Below are positions 35,805 through 51,084 of a stretch of DNA of 64,000 nucleotides, in pieces. The stretch comes from Kofleriaceae bacterium. Lineage in GTDB: Bacteria > Myxococcota_A > Polyangia > Haliangiales > Haliangiaceae. The position numbers and the translations under genes are program-made. The notes under the pieces are model-generated. The model was not told the origin of the DNA and ran no database searches. It saw only the letters and a list, made by a program, of their open reading frames with translations. Within the stretch, counting starts at the first letter, position 1. The number at the start of each line of letters is the position of its first letter. The stretch covers positions 1 through 64,000 of the forward strand of contig JBKJLC010000301.1 of NCBI GenBank assembly GCA_046597055.1, given 5' to 3'.

Positions 35805-36863
35805 TTACCTCGGGGCGGGGACTACCATGGGCGGTGTCGTCGCGACAAGCTCGGCGGTGGGCGCCGCGTCGTCGATGTCGGTGACGCGCACGCCGAGCGC
35901 GCCGTCGATCGTGACCAGCTCGCCGCGCGCGACCACCCGCGCACCGGCGCGAACCTCGACGGCGGTGCCGATCGGCCGCCCGGTGGCGAGGACCTGCCCG
36001 GGCGCCAGCTCGAGCAGCTGGCGCGCCGACACCGTCACGTCGGCGACCACGATCGTCAGCGGGATCCGCAGGTCGTCGCCGAGTGGCTCGGGGTCGTCGT
36101 GGCGGTCAGGAGCGGTGGTCATCGCGATCGCACGCCGGTACGGCGCCCGCACGATAAGCCCACCGCCGCCGGGGTCAAGGGCCACCGCGATCCCGCCGGC
36201 ACCGATCCACAAGATCGCCGCGGCCGGCCCGACGACGATCACGTCGCGTCGCCGCACGTCGCCGAGCGCGGCTCGGCCGCCGAGCGTCCCTCGCGCCAGC
36301 TCGAGCGTCGCGCTCACCGGGGGCAGCCGGTCGCCACGGGTCCCGACCAGTCCGGCCAGCCCGCGCGCCGGCGCGGTCCGCACCCGCGGCATCGCGATCG
36401 CCAGCCCCGACGCGACCGGCGCGGTCACGGTGAGCTCGCACAGGAGCGCGCCTACCAGCCGGGGCACGTCGTCGATCGGCTCGACCGTGGCGTCGAGCCC
36501 GGCGCGTCCGAGCGCGTCGGCCAGCGCGACCGCGACGAACGCCCGTTCGGCCGGCGTCGGCGGCCGCGGCGCCGCGAGCTCGCGGTCGGCCGGCTCGTCG
36601 AGCACCCGGCGCGCGATCGCCCGCCACAGCGGCCAAGGCGCGAGCGCGACCGCGAGCGCCCCACCGCGGCGGACCCCGACCCGCGCCGCGGTCGGCTCGG
36701 CCAGCCGACGGGCAACCTCCGCCGGCTCGCTCACGGTCCGCGCCCAGCGCACCGCGCCCAGCACGCCGCCATCGGGCCAGCGCGCTGCGTCGAGCCAGCC
36801 GGCCAGCGCCGATTCCGCCCAGGTCGCGGCCGCGACGCTCTCCCACGGGAACCGAACCACCAT
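35805..36863 (-). CDS. FliM/FliN (SpoA) C-terminal domain protein, SctQ-like
   Basis: LLELAPGQVL...VEVRAGARVVARGELVTIDGALGVRVT; start approximate. Confidence 0.75.
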   Translation of the reverse strand: MVVRFPWESVAAATWAESALAGWLDAARWPDGGVLGAVRWARTVSEPAEVARRLAEPTAARVGVRRGGALAVALAPWPLWRAIARRVLDEPADRELAAPRPPTPAERAFVAVALADALGRAGLDATVEPIDDVPRLVGALLCELTVTAPVASGLAIAMPRVRTAPARGLAGLVGTRGDRLPPVSATLELARGTLGGRAALGDVRRRDVIVVGPAAAILWIGAGGIAVALDPGGGGLIVRAPYRRAIAMTTAPDRHDDPEPLGDDLRIPLTIVVADVTVSARQLLELAPGQVLATGRPIGTAVEVRAGARVVARGELVTIDGALGVRVTDIDDAAPTAELVATTPPMVVPAPR

Positions 36864-37013
36864 GGCGCATCGTATTACCCCGCCGCTGGGGCGCCTCGAC
36901 GCCCTCAACCGATCATCGTCACTGCGGCGGGGTACTCGCCAGAAAGTGGCCCCCGCCGCCGGGATGGGTACGATCAGCACCTACATCGGACTACCACTGC
37001 GGAGGGGGCACCC

Positions 37014-37382
37014 ATGCGTGACCGTCGGCTCGGCTACCGGATCCCGTTCACCACCATGCTGACCTCGTTCATTCGCGATCGGCCGGTGCGCGCGCTCGCC
37101 CACGACCTGAGCGACACCGGCATGCGCCTGCACGCCGTGTCGCCGCTGGCACCGACGCCCGGGACGACCCTGGCGATCGAGCTCGACCTGCCCGGCGGCA
37201 CCGATACGATCTGGGCGTCGGGTCAGGTCTGCTACCGCAAGGGCGATGACCTCGCCAGCGGCCTCGGCGTGCGCTTCACCGCGATGGCCCAGCTCCACGC
37301 CCGGATGCTGCGCGAGTTCTGCATCGAGAGCCGTCGCAGCCACCTCGGCAGCCTGCTCGGGCGCATCCGCGGCGCGGCCTAG
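37014..37382 (+). CDS. PilZ domain protein
   Basis: RLGYR and DLSDTG motifs, GVRF; GGAGG RBS. Confidence 0.88.
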   Translation: MRDRRLGYRIPFTTMLTSFIRDRPVRALAHDLSDTGMRLHAVSPLAPTPGTTLAIELDLPGGTDTIWASGQVCYRKGDDLASGLGVRFTAMAQLHARMLREFCIESRRSHLGSLLGRIRGAA

Positions 37383-37451
37383 CATCGCGAGGGTCCCGTG
37401 GGGACCATCTGCACCGGCGCCGGCCCGGGCCGCGCGTTATAGTTCGCCCAG

Positions 37452-40400
37452 GTGTCCGTGCGCTCGACCCAACGCCGAATCGCCGCCGTGCTGCTCGGCG
37501 CGGCGGTGTCCCTGTCCATGCTCCCCGCGCGCGCCGCGCTCGCCCAGGCCGACGACGACTGGTCGGTCACCCGCGACCCGTTCGACAAGGCGGTGGTCGG
37601 CAAGCTCAAGGGCATCCTCGCGCGCAACCCGAACGATGCCGACGCGCTGGCCAAGCTGCTCGGCCTGTACCGGCGCTACCGCACGGTCCAGCTGCTGCGC
37701 GACGAGTACGACGCGGCGCTGGTGAAGAAGCCGACCGACTGGCCGACGCTGGTCGTGCTGGCGCGGCTCGCCCGGGCCACGGGCGACGACCCGGCCGCGC
37801 TCGGCTTCTACCAGCGCGCGGCCGCGGTCAAGGACGACCCGGCGGTCGCGCTCGAGCTCGGCGGGCTCTACCGCACGGCCGGCAAGACCGCCGAGGCCCG
37901 CGCCGCGTACACCCAGGCGATCGCGGCCGGCGCCAGCAAGCCGGTGCGGATGAAGGCGCTGCGCGCGCTCGCCGATCTCGCGCTGGCGGCCAAGGACATC
38001 GAGGGCGCCCGTCGCTTCTTCGAGCAGTACATCGCGCTCGATCCCGGCAACGGGCAGCTCCGCCTCGAGCTCGGCGACGCGCTGGCCCAGGCCGGCAAGC
38101 ACGACGACGCGATCGCGGTCTACCTCGACGCCGAGAAGAAGCTCGGCGGTGATCCGGCGCGGCGGGTCGAGGTGGTCGCGCGCATCGGCGCCGCCCAGGA
38201 GGGCAAGGGCGACGACCTGGCGGCGGTCGAGAGCTACCGGCGCGCGATCAAGCTGGTGCCGAGGGGCTACTACCTCGAAGTCGAGCTCACCGCGCGCATC
38301 ATCGACATGTACCGGCGCAAGCAGACCTTGCCCGAGCTGCTCGCGGTCTACGAGAAGGAGTGGGCCGAGGGCCGCCGCGGCCACTTCGAGTGGGACACGC
38401 TGGCCCGCCTCTACGAGGAGACCGGCGATCAGGACAAGGCGGTGCTCGCCTACAAGAGGGCGGTCGCCAAGGCGCCGTTCGAGCTCGAGACCCAGCGCCG
38501 GCTGATCCAGCTGCTCGAGGCGCTGGGCCGCGACAAGGAGGCGCTGGCCCAGTACGAGGTGGTCGCGCGCGAGGCGCCCGGCGAGGCCCGGTTCCAGCTC
38601 GAGCTGGCCGAGCGCTACATGCGCGCCGGCGATCAGAAGCGCGCGCTCGACGCGGTCCGCAAGCTCGAGTCGCGCTTCCCGGGCGACGCCGGCGTGCAGT
38701 CGGCGATCGCCGACATGTACACGCGGTGGGGCCGCGAGGATCAGGCGCTGGCCGCGTTCGAACGGCTGGCGCGGCTCGAGCCCGACGAGCCGGCGCACCT
38801 GGTCACGCTCGGCGAGCAGTACCACCAGCGCGGTCAGAAGGACAAAGCGATGGCGACCTGGAAGCGGATCGCGAACACGCGCTCCGCCGCCGCGTACGCC
38901 AAGCTCGGCGACGTGCTCGCCGAGCACGACGCGCCCGCCGAGGGCCTGGTCTACTACGCGAAGGCGCTCAAGCTCGAGCCGGCCAGCGCCGAGCTCTACC
39001 GCGGCCGCGCCCAGATCCACGAACGCCAGAAGAGCTTCGCCGAGGCGGTCGCCGACTGGGAAAAGGCGCTGGCGCTCTGGACCAAGCCGAGCGACCGCAC
39101 CGCCCGCCGCGAGGGCCGGCGTCGCATCGTCAACCTGCTGCCGCGCTGGGAGGGCGGCCGCAAGGAGGCCGAGTACTTCGACCGCTGGAAGCGCGGCTTC
39201 CTCAAGACGCCGCCCGACCTCGAGGCCGGCTACTACCTGGTCGAGTATTACGGCCGTCGCCCGCAGCAGGGCCAGCCGCGGGCGACGCTCGAGCGCATCC
39301 TCGAGGTCACCCCCGACGACCAGGACTCGATGCAGGACCTGGTCAAGGTCTACCGCGGGCTGCGCGAGTTCGATCGCGCGGTCGAGTTGCTGCTCAAGCT
39401 CGCCGAGCAGAACCCCACCCGCGAGCGCGAGGTCTACAGCCAGATCGCCGAGATCAAGACCGAGGCCGGCCACGGCGACGAGGCGATCGCGTGGGCGCAG
39501 AAGGCGCTGGCCAAGAGCCCCAACGATCCGGTCGCGTACGAGCGGCTGGCCGAGCGCTACGAGGATCTCAAGCAGTTCGACCTGGCGGCCGCCGCCTATC
39601 AGCGCGTGATCGAGCTCGACGCGCGCAACTTCAAGGCGTACTTCGCCCTCGCCTCGCTGCACGAGTTCGACGCCCGCTACCGGCAGGCGATCGAACTCTA
39701 CTTGCGCATCTTGCGCCAGGCCACCGACGACGACCAGCTGGTCCGCGCTGCCGGCAAGGCCTTCATCCTCGAGGAGGCCGAGGGCTCGCTCGGCGAGCTC
39801 GAGCGGGTGATCGCGCCGCTGTCGACCATCCTGTCGCACAAGCCGGTGTACCGGCGGATCCTGGTCAGCCTGTACGAGCGCTACGTGCCGACCCTGGTCG
39901 CGCGGACCCACCACGGCCCGCCCGAGGGGCGCGCCGCCGCCGCCGCCGAGCTCGAGCGGCTCGGCAAGGGCGGCATGAAGGCGCTGCTCGACGCGCTCGG
40001 CGACGACAAGGACCCCGGCCAGCGGGCGGTGGCGGTCAAGGTGCTCGGCCACCTCGGCAACCGGGCCGCGGCGGTGCCGCTGGTCCGAGTCGCCAAGGAA
40101 GAGCCGCCACCGATCGACCCGACCGCGCCCCGCCAGCTCGGCACCCTGACCCAGTCGCTCGATCTCGAGGCGCGGGTGAAGGCGCTGGTCGCGGCCGGCC
40201 GCCTCGGCGAGCCGCGGGTGGTCCCCGAGGTGCTGCCGCTGGCGCGCCACGGCGAGGTCGCGCTGCGCGAGGCGGCGGTGTTCACGCTGGCCCGCACCCG
40301 CGACGCCCGCGCGGTGCCGGCGCTCGCGGATGCGCTGGCCGATCGCCGGCCGTCGGTCGCGGCGCTCGCCTGCCTCGGGCTCGGCGGCATCGACGACGCC

Positions 40401-41549
40401 CGCGCCCGCACGCTGCTGCAGAAGACGCTGGCCGACGCCAGGACCCACGACCTGGTGCGCGCCGCGTGCGCGGCGGGCGCCGCGAGCCAGGGCGGGTCGG
40501 CGGTGCCGGCCCTGATCGGTGCCCTGGGCGACAACGCCGGCGAGACCCAGCGGATCGCGGCCTGGGCGCTCGGCCACCTCGGCGATCGCAAGGCCCTGCC
40601 GGCCCTGTACGGTGCGTACTTCCGGCGGGTCGGCCAGGATCGTTCGACCCTCGAGTGGGCGATCGCACGGGTCGCCGGGGCGCCGCCGGCGCCGCTGCCC
40701 GACCTCGCGGTCTATCCGATGCGCGCCGGCAAGCTCGACCTGACCGCGATGATGCGCGGCATTCCCGGCGAGCTGCCGGTCGCGCCGATCCCGCCCGCCG
40801 CGATCATCGGCCACGAGCCCGCGCTGGCCGCCGCGATCGACACCGCGCTCGCCGGCCATCGCGACGAGGCGCTGTCGGTGCTCGCCGACCTCGACAGCCG
40901 AGACGCCGGCCTCGGGCTCGGCGCGCTCACCACCGGCGAGGTGACGGCGGCGGCCGCGACCTCGCTCGACCGGATCGGCGCGTCGATCCTCGCCCGCGTG
41001 GTGGCCCGCGCCAAGGACGACGACGTGAAGGTCGCCGAGCGGGCGGTCGCGGTCGCCGCCAAGATCGGCGGCGCGCCCGCGGTCGCCGCGGTCCAGGCCG
41101 GCCTGGCCTCGAAGAGCCCGCTGGTGCGCACGACCGCGACCCACGCGATCGCCACCCTCGAGCGGCGCGGCGGCGTGCCGGCGGACCTGCGCGCGATGCT
41201 GGCCACCCGGCTCACCGCGACCGCCTGGGAAGATCGCCGGGACGCCGCCCAGACGCTCGGCGAGCTCGGCCCCCGCGCGACCGCCGCCGAGGTGACCGCG
41301 CTGGCGATCGCCACCCGTGATCGCTACTCGTACGTGCGTGACGCCGCGGTGGTGGCGCTCGGTCGCATCCGCGCGCCCGGCGGGCTCGACGCGCTGCTGG
41401 CGTCGAGCCGCGACGACGACTGGTGGGTTCGCGCCAGCGCCGCGACCGCCCTCCGGAGCGCGGGCGACTCCCGCGCCAGCGCCCGCGTGGCGGAGATGGC
41501 AAAGAGCGATCCCCGGCCCGAGGTCAGGGCCGCCGCGGCCGGTAAATAA
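37452..41549 (+). CDS. Secreted TPR + HEAT repeat protein
   Basis: Signal peptide ALA-QA; many TPR units followed by HEAT/PBS-lyase repeats (VRDAAVVALG). Confidence 0.9.
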   Translation: MSVRSTQRRIAAVLLGAAVSLSMLPARAALAQADDDWSVTRDPFDKAVVGKLKGILARNPNDADALAKLLGLYRRYRTVQLLRDEYDAALVKKPTDWPTLVVLARLARATGDDPAALGFYQRAAAVKDDPAVALELGGLYRTAGKTAEARAAYTQAIAAGASKPVRMKALRALADLALAAKDIEGARRFFEQYIALDPGNGQLRLELGDALAQAGKHDDAIAVYLDAEKKLGGDPARRVEVVARIGAAQEGKGDDLAAVESYRRAIKLVPRGYYLEVELTARIIDMYRRKQTLPELLAVYEKEWAEGRRGHFEWDTLARLYEETGDQDKAVLAYKRAVAKAPFELETQRRLIQLLEALGRDKEALAQYEVVAREAPGEARFQLELAERYMRAGDQKRALDAVRKLESRFPGDAGVQSAIADMYTRWGREDQALAAFERLARLEPDEPAHLVTLGEQYHQRGQKDKAMATWKRIANTRSAAAYAKLGDVLAEHDAPAEGLVYYAKALKLEPASAELYRGRAQIHERQKSFAEAVADWEKALALWTKPSDRTARREGRRRIVNLLPRWEGGRKEAEYFDRWKRGFLKTPPDLEAGYYLVEYYGRRPQQGQPRATLERILEVTPDDQDSMQDLVKVYRGLREFDRAVELLLKLAEQNPTREREVYSQIAEIKTEAGHGDEAIAWAQKALAKSPNDPVAYERLAERYEDLKQFDLAAAAYQRVIELDARNFKAYFALASLHEFDARYRQAIELYLRILRQATDDDQLVRAAGKAFILEEAEGSLGELERVIAPLSTILSHKPVYRRILVSLYERYVPTLVARTHHGPPEGRAAAAAELERLGKGGMKALLDALGDDKDPGQRAVAVKVLGHLGNRAAAVPLVRVAKEEPPPIDPTAPRQLGTLTQSLDLEARVKALVAAGRLGEPRVVPEVLPLARHGEVALREAAVFTLARTRDARAVPALADALADRRPSVAALACLGLGGIDDARARTLLQKTLADARTHDLVRAACAAGAASQGGSAVPALIGALGDNAGETQRIAAWALGHLGDRKALPALYGAYFRRVGQDRSTLEWAIARVAGAPPAPLPDLAVYPMRAGKLDLTAMMRGIPGELPVAPIPPAAIIGHEPALAAAIDTALAGHRDEALSVLADLDSRDAGLGLGALTTGEVTAAAATSLDRIGASILARVVARAKDDDVKVAERAVAVAAKIGGAPAVAAVQAGLASKSPLVRTTATHAIATLERRGGVPADLRAMLATRLTATAWEDRRDAAQTLGELGPRATAAEVTALAIATRDRYSYVRDAAVVALGRIRAPGGLDALLASSRDDDWWVRASAATALRSAGDSRASARVAEMAKSDPRPEVRAAAAGK

Positions 41550-41583
41550 GCGCGGTCGCCGAAAAAGACACGGTTTCGCAAGT

Positions 41584-41612
41584 TTGACGGGGATCGCCCG
41601 CGAGCCTATTCT
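41584..41612 (+). promoter_or_regulatory. Sigma70-type promoter (leaderless)
   Basis: TTGACG-N17-TATTCT, 8 nt before ATG 41621. Confidence 0.65.
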
Positions 41613-41620
41613 CGTCAGGC

Positions 41621-42565
41621 ATGGACGTTGGCCTGGTCTGCGACCAGTGCAGCACCCTGGCCCCGATGGGCACGCCCCGGTGTGCGCGTTGCGGGTCATC
41701 GCTGACACTCGACGAAGAGACGCGCATTGGCGGGCCGGCGCAGATCCGAGCGCCGGCGCAGCCCAACCTCGCCGCGGCCCAGCCGTGTCCCGAGTGCAGC
41801 GCACTGGTGACGCCTGGCCACCGCTTCTGCGGCGGTTGCGGCAACCGCATGGACGTCCCGCGCACGCGACCGGCCGACTCACAAGAGAAGTCGAGCCGAC
41901 GCACCCAGTTCTTCGGCGCGATGCAGGCGGCGCGCGCCAAGCTCACGCTGATCCGCGGCGACGGGCTCGACGGCGTGTCGTTCACCCTGGCCGGCCAGGA
42001 CCACCTCGCCGGCCGCATCGACTGCCCGATCCTCTTCCCGGAGGATCCCTTCCTGTCGCCGACCCACGCCAACTTCTTCTATCGCGACGGCCAGCTGGTG
42101 GTGCGCGACGAGTCCTCGCAGAACGGTGTGTTCGTGCGCATCCACGGCGGCGTCGACATCGCGCTCGGCACCCGCTTCCTGGTCGGCGAGCAGATGCTCG
42201 AGATCCAGCCGGTGCCGGCCACGCCCGACGAGGCGACCGAGGACGGCACCTACTTCTTCGCCAGCCCCCGCCGCGGCGCCGTGCTGCGCGTGGTCCAGAC
42301 GTTGCGCGGTGGCGACACCGGCCTCGTTGTGTGCTCGACCGGCTCGACCGTCCGGGTCGGCCGCGAGGGCAACGACCTCGACTTCCCCGATGACCCGTTC
42401 ATCTCGGGCCACCACGCGCAGGTCGGGTGGGACGGCATGCGGCTCATCCTCACCGACCTCGCCTCCAAGAACGGCACGTTCCTCCAGATCGCCCGCGAGC
42501 AACCGCTCGATCACGGCGACTACGTGTTCATGGGCCAGCAGCTCCTCCGCGTCGAGATCGTGTAG
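41621..42565 (+). CDS. Zinc-ribbon + double FHA protein
   Basis: Four CxxC pairs; two GR...SxxH...NG FHA motifs. Confidence 0.92.
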   Translation: MDVGLVCDQCSTLAPMGTPRCARCGSSLTLDEETRIGGPAQIRAPAQPNLAAAQPCPECSALVTPGHRFCGGCGNRMDVPRTRPADSQEKSSRRTQFFGAMQAARAKLTLIRGDGLDGVSFTLAGQDHLAGRIDCPILFPEDPFLSPTHANFFYRDGQLVVRDESSQNGVFVRIHGGVDIALGTRFLVGEQMLEIQPVPATPDEATEDGTYFFASPRRGAVLRVVQTLRGGDTGLVVCSTGSTVRVGREGNDLDFPDDPFISGHHAQVGWDGMRLILTDLASKNGTFLQIAREQPLDHGDYVFMGQQLLRVEIV

Positions 42566-42608
42566 AGTTCGGCGCGTTCCAAGCACTTATTACTGCCGGG
42601 GTTTTTGA

Positions 42609-43958
<1,350 letters not shown>

Positions 43959-44069
43959 CGCCGATCGCGGAGCGGCTGGACGCCCCGCGCTTGCCGCATC
44001 ACATGTGAGCGAAAGCGCGCTCGTTTGCCGAAACCTGCGCGGCGCCAGACGGGCACCCACCGCGCCCGG

Positions 44070-44438
44070 TCAGGGCTTCTTGCCGCCGAGGTCCTTCACG
44101 TTGACGTCCTCTTTCTGGACGAACGTGAAGCCATTCTTGTACGGGTGCTCGCCGCCAGGCTCGAACACCACCAGCACGTCGACCGGCCCCAGCTTGCCGC
44201 CCGGCGCCTGGACGATGATCTCGTCGTTGCCAATGCGGGTCACCGTGCCAGCCGCTCCGCCGAAGTAGACCTTCACGTTGCGCGTGACGGTCCGGAAGCC
44301 CTGGCCGTGGATGGCGACCGTCTGGCCGCCTTCGATATCGCCAGTCTGCGGCTCGATGCCGGTGACCTTCAGCGAGCCATCGTTTCCGCACGCCGCGAGG
44401 CCAAGCCCGAGCAGCACCGCAAGCATCGATGCCTTCAT
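44070..44438 (-). CDS. IPT/TIG-domain lipoprotein
   Basis: LAA-C lipobox; VTGIEPQTGDIEGGQTVAIHGQGF. Confidence 0.88.
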   Translation of the reverse strand: MKASMLAVLLGLGLAACGNDGSLKVTGIEPQTGDIEGGQTVAIHGQGFRTVTRNVKVYFGGAAGTVTRIGNDEIIVQAPGGKLGPVDVLVVFEPGGEHPYKNGFTFVQKEDVNVKDLGGKKP

Positions 44439-44481
44439 CGGACCAGGCTACCGCGGTGTCGCACCGGCCAGCAAGGACAGC

Positions 44482-45837
44482 TCACATCATGTCCTTGCGC
44501 TGCAGGGCGCGGCGCATCTTTTCCAGCGCCTGCTCCTGGAGCTGCCGGATCCGCTCGCGCGACAGATTGTACTTCTCCCCGATCTCCTTGAGCGTGAGCT
44601 CGTGCTCGGTCTCGAGCCCGAACCGCTGCCGCAGGATGTCAGCTTCGATCGGGCGCAGCTCGCCCAGCACGGTCTTGATCTCGCTGGTCAGCGCGGCCAG
44701 CTCGAGGTCGGCGGTCGGCGAGACCTCCTCCCGGTCGGGGTCCTCCAGGATCTCACCAAGGTTGCGGCCGTCCTCGTCACCGACCGGGCGGTCGATCGAG
44801 ATCGACTGCTCGAGCACCCAGCGCCGCATGTTCTCGACCTTGTCGGCCGGCATCCCGGTGGTCTCGGCGAGCTCGGCGGTGGTCGGCTGACGGCCGAGCT
44901 TGGCGGTGAGCTCGCGCCGGGCCTTGGTCAGGCGGTGGTGCGCGTCGATCATGTGGACCGGCAGCCGGATCTCGCGCCCCTTGTCGGCCAGGGCCCGGCT
45001 GATGGCATGACGGATCCACCAGCTCGCGTAGGTGGAGAAGCGGAAGCCGCGACGGTAGTCGTAGCGCTCGACCGCCTTGATGAGGCCGAGGTTACCCTCC
45101 TGGATCAGATCGGCGAGCGACATGCGGCCGTGGTTGAATCGGCGGGCGATGCTGATCACCAGGCGCAGGTTGGCCTTCACGAAGTCGTTGCGGGCCGAGG
45201 CCGCGCCGCGGGCCGCGCTCTCGACCCGACGCAGCCACTCGGTGAACGCGCGCGAGCCCTTGATCGTGCGCGCCACCGGCAGGTAGCCGCGCTCGACCCG
45301 ATCGACCCCGCCCAGCGCGGCGTCGACGAACAGCCGGTCTGCGTCGACCTCGCGCAGCTTGGTCGCGCAGCGGGTGACCGCCTTGTCGTAGCGCGCGCCG
45401 GCCGGCTTGGGCTCGGCCGCGATCTTGCGCATCGCCTTCACCTCGGCGAGGCCCGGCGCCAGCGCCTCGACCGCGTCGAGCACCACCGCCACCATCCCGG
45501 GATAGCCGAGCAGCTCGCTCCACACCGCCTGCTCGAGCGCCTCGATCGTCTGGGCGGCGGTGAACTCCTCCTCCGGTCGCAGCACGTGCAGCGACGCCAT
45601 GTCGCGGAAGTACATCGTCAGGTAGCCCGACCCGTCGGTCTTGCTCGCCTTGCTGGCGCGCGCCGGGGTCGCGCGGGCGACCGGCTCGGCATCGGGGTCG
45701 GTATCGTTCGCGGGCGCATGCTGGGCCCGCTCGCGGTTCTTGGCCGCCATGCGGACCGCCCGCGGTGCGACTGCCCGCCGAGCGGCGGCAGACGGTCCCA
45801 GCTTGGCGTTCACAGAAACGGCAGCGCTGATCTTCAC
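44482..45837 (-). CDS. Sigma-70 family (RpoD-like group 2) sigma factor
   Basis: [50 protein letters not shown]...SRERIRQ; AGGAGG RBS 7 nt before GTG 45837. Confidence 0.95.
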   Translation of the reverse strand: MKISAAVSVNAKLGPSAAARRAVAPRAVRMAAKNRERAQHAPANDTDPDAEPVARATPARASKASKTDGSGYLTMYFRDMASLHVLRPEEEFTAAQTIEALEQAVWSELLGYPGMVAVVLDAVEALAPGLAEVKAMRKIAAEPKPAGARYDKAVTRCATKLREVDADRLFVDAALGGVDRVERGYLPVARTIKGSRAFTEWLRRVESAARGAASARNDFVKANLRLVISIARRFNHGRMSLADLIQEGNLGLIKAVERYDYRRGFRFSTYASWWIRHAISRALADKGREIRLPVHMIDAHHRLTKARRELTAKLGRQPTTAELAETTGMPADKVENMRRWVLEQSISIDRPVGDEDGRNLGEILEDPDREEVSPTADLELAALTSEIKTVLGELRPIEADILRQRFGLETEHELTLKEIGEKYNLSRERIRQLQEQALEKMRRALQRKDMM

Positions 45838-46132
45838 GGGCAATCCTCCTGGCCGGGTCGGCCGGCACGTACTGAGACGTCGGGGCGGGCGAAATGTTTT
45901 GCTGGAGTGCGAATCACCACCACGCCGCGTGCGCTCCCAACTGCTACCCCTGAGCGCGCTCCTCTATTCCAGGGACACCGGCGCAGCCGCGGTTGCGCAC
46001 GGCAAACGTGATCGCGCTCGCAAGTTGCGGATCACCTGGGCCCGCGCACCTAGCAGAGTAGGCGGGGCCGATGTAGGCGACCGGGGTCGGGCCGGGTCGT
46101 CGTCACGCCGACACCGTCGGCACGACGGCAAA

Positions 46133-48090
<1,958 letters not shown>

Positions 48091-48094
<4 letters not shown>

Positions 48095-48969
48095 CGCATG
48101 CCTCCCGGGCCGCGCGCCGCGGGCGCGGCGGTCAGTGACTGGCCGCACATCACGACGGTGTCGTCCGCCAGCGGCAGGAGGGTCGGCGCGCCCGGCGGCA
48201 GCGCCAGGACGACCGTCGAGCCGAGCAGGAACGCGCCGACCTCGTCGCCGCGCTGGAGCTTGCCGGGCTGGGTGGCGTGGCGAGGCTCGCCGCCGCCGCG
48301 CCAGACCCGCGTGTCCTCGCCGAGATGCGTGAGCCAGATGTTGCCGACCGCGGTGGCGCTGACCATCACGATCGCGGCCGGCCCCCACCGGGTCTTGAGC
48401 TCGATCACGACCCGCTCGTTGACCGCGAGCAGGCGATCGACGTTGCGCGCGAACGGCCGGCTCACCGGCCAGCGCTGACCGGGGACGTAGTGGTAGCCGA
48501 CCAGCTCGGCGTCGAACGGCGTGTGGACCCGGTGGTAGTCACGCGGGGACAGGTAGACGGTCAGGAACTGACCGCCCGCCATCGAGCCGGCGAGACTCGG
48601 GACGGTCAGCAGCTCGGCGAGGCTGTAGTCGCGACCCTTGGCCTGGATCAGCATGCCGTCGACGATCGGCCCGACCGCCGCGACCGCGCCATCGCACGGC
48701 GAGACCACGGGCGCGTCGGCGACCGGCCGGGCCCCCGGCCGGAGGGTCCGTGCGAAGAAGTCACCGAAGCTCGGATACTCCGACAGGTCGGCGCCGACCT
48801 CGTCGAGGCGCGCGTCGACCGCGCGAGCAAACGCAGTGTAGAGCCGCTCGCGCAGGAGACGCGGGACATGCCGGCGCGCTCCCCACCCCACGAGCGTGGA
48901 GTAGAGCCCGGTCGGCGCCCAGCGAAGGGTGTCGACGGTGAAGCGTTCAGCGATCTGGGTCAGGTTCAC
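48091..48969 (-). CDS. psd: Phosphatidylserine decarboxylase
   Basis: FFARTL, SPCDG, YLSPRDYHRVH, NERV, LGST cleavage motif. Confidence 0.95.
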
Positions 48970-49079
48970 GCGGCGATGGTCCCCGAATGGGCCGCTCCCC
49001 TGGAAACCTGAAGAGTATAGGCCACGTGCAAGACGCGGCACAAGGCCTGCCGGAACCGCGCAGATTTGGCCCCGGTCCG

Positions 49080-49119
49080 AAACGCCGAACGGCGTCGCCG
49101 ACCTACATCGGGACGCCGC
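49080..49119 (-). terminator. Probable terminator after glnA
   Basis: GCGGCGTCCCGA-TGTAGG-TCGGCGACGCCGT hairpin with a weak T-tail. Confidence 0.5.
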
Positions 49120-49149
49120 TATCCGGCCTGGAACGCTGCTACGGAGCGA

Positions 49150-50562
49150 TCAGCAGTCGTAATAGAGGTAGAACTCGGAGGGGTGCGGCCGCAGCCGGAT
49201 GTGGTCGATCTCGTTCTCGTGCTTGTAGGCGATCCACGTATCGAGGAGATCGGTGGAGAACACGTCGCCCTTGAGCAGGAAGGCGTGGTCGGCCCGCAGC
49301 GCGGCGAGCGACTGGTCGAGTGAGCCCGGCGCGGTCGGGACCTCGGCCAGCTCCTCGGGCGACAGCGAGTAGAGGTCCTTGTCGAACGGCTCGCCCGGGT
49401 GGATGCGGTTCTCGACGCCGTCGAGCCCGGCCAGCAGCATCGCCGCGAAGGCGAGGTACGGGTTGCAGCTCGGGTCGGGCGACCGCAGCTCGAGGCGCTT
49501 GGCCTTGGGCGACGGCGAGTACATCGGGATGCGGATCGACGCCGACCGGTTGCGCGCCGAGTACGCCAGGTTGACCGGCGCCTCGTAGCCCGGGACCAGG
49601 CGGCGATAGCTGTTGGTGGTCGGGTTGGCGAACGCGCAGATCGCGCCGGCGTGCTTGAGCAGCCCGCCGATGTAGTAGAGCGCCATGTCCGACAGCCCTG
49701 CATAGCCGTCGCCCGCGAAGAGCGGCTTGCCACCCTTCCACAGCGACTGATGCGTGTGCATGCCGCTGCCGTTGTCGCCGAAGAGCGGCTTCGGCATGAA
49801 CGTCGCCGTCTTGCCGTGCTGCTTGGAGACGTTCTTGACGATGTGCTTGTACCACATGACCTGGTCGGCCATCTTGACAAGCTCGTCGTACTTCATGTCG
49901 ATCTCGCACTGCCCCGCGGTCGCCACCTCGTGGTGGTGCGTCTCGACCTCGATGCCGACCGCCTGCATGGTCAGCACCATGAGGGTCCGGATGTCGGTCA
50001 GGGTGTCGACCGGCGCGGTCGGGAAGTAGCCGCCCTTGACCCGCGGCTTGTAGCCGAGGTTGCCGCCGGGCTCGGTGCGGTTGGTGTTCCAGGCGCCCTC
50101 GATCGAGTCGACCAGGTACGAGGACTGGTTCATCCCCTCCTGATAGCGGACCTCGTCGAACACGAAGAACTCGGCCTCGGGGCCGAAGTACGCCTTGTCG
50201 GCGAGCCCGGTCGACTCGAGGTAGCGGACCGCGCGCTTCGCCAGGCTGCGCGGGCAGCGGCTGTACGGCTCGCGGGTGATCGGATCGACCGCGTCGCAGA
50301 TCAACGACAGGGTCGGCGTGGCCAGGAACGGCTCGATGACGCCGGTCGTGCCGTCCGGGATCATCAGCATGTCGGACGAGTTGATCGCCTTCCAGCCGCG
50401 GATCGACGAGCCGTCGAAGCCGAACCCGTTCTCGAGGCCATCCTCGAGTCGTTCGATCGGATAGGTGATGTGCTGCCAGGTGCCGAGGAAATCGACGAAC
50501 TTGCAGTCGATCATCTTCGCGCCGTGCTTGGCGGAGTAATCCTTGAGGGCTTTCGCGTCCAT
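49150..50562 (-). CDS. glnA: Glutamine synthetase type I
   Basis: [45 protein letters not shown], adenylylation-site DLY. Confidence 0.98.
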   Translation of the reverse strand: MDAKALKDYSAKHGAKMIDCKFVDFLGTWQHITYPIERLEDGLENGFGFDGSSIRGWKAINSSDMLMIPDGTTGVIEPFLATPTLSLICDAVDPITREPYSRCPRSLAKRAVRYLESTGLADKAYFGPEAEFFVFDEVRYQEGMNQSSYLVDSIEGAWNTNRTEPGGNLGYKPRVKGGYFPTAPVDTLTDIRTLMVLTMQAVGIEVETHHHEVATAGQCEIDMKYDELVKMADQVMWYKHIVKNVSKQHGKTATFMPKPLFGDNGSGMHTHQSLWKGGKPLFAGDGYAGLSDMALYYIGGLLKHAGAICAFANPTTNSYRRLVPGYEAPVNLAYSARNRSASIRIPMYSPSPKAKRLELRSPDPSCNPYLAFAAMLLAGLDGVENRIHPGEPFDKDLYSLSPEELAEVPTAPGSLDQSLAALRADHAFLLKGDVFSTDLLDTWIAYKHENEIDHIRLRPHPSEFYLYYDC

Positions 50563-50649
50563 GGTCTTCGTTGATCTCCTGGTGGTCCGCAGTCGGCTGG
50601 GGCTAGGTGTTAGTTCGGGCGTGACGGGGTGCGTGGCAACGGGCGCGGA

Positions 50650-51084
<435 letters not shown>

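Noticed and set aside
37437..41882. 1481-aa - strand ORF
   Set aside because: Antisense shadow of the TPR/HEAT gene
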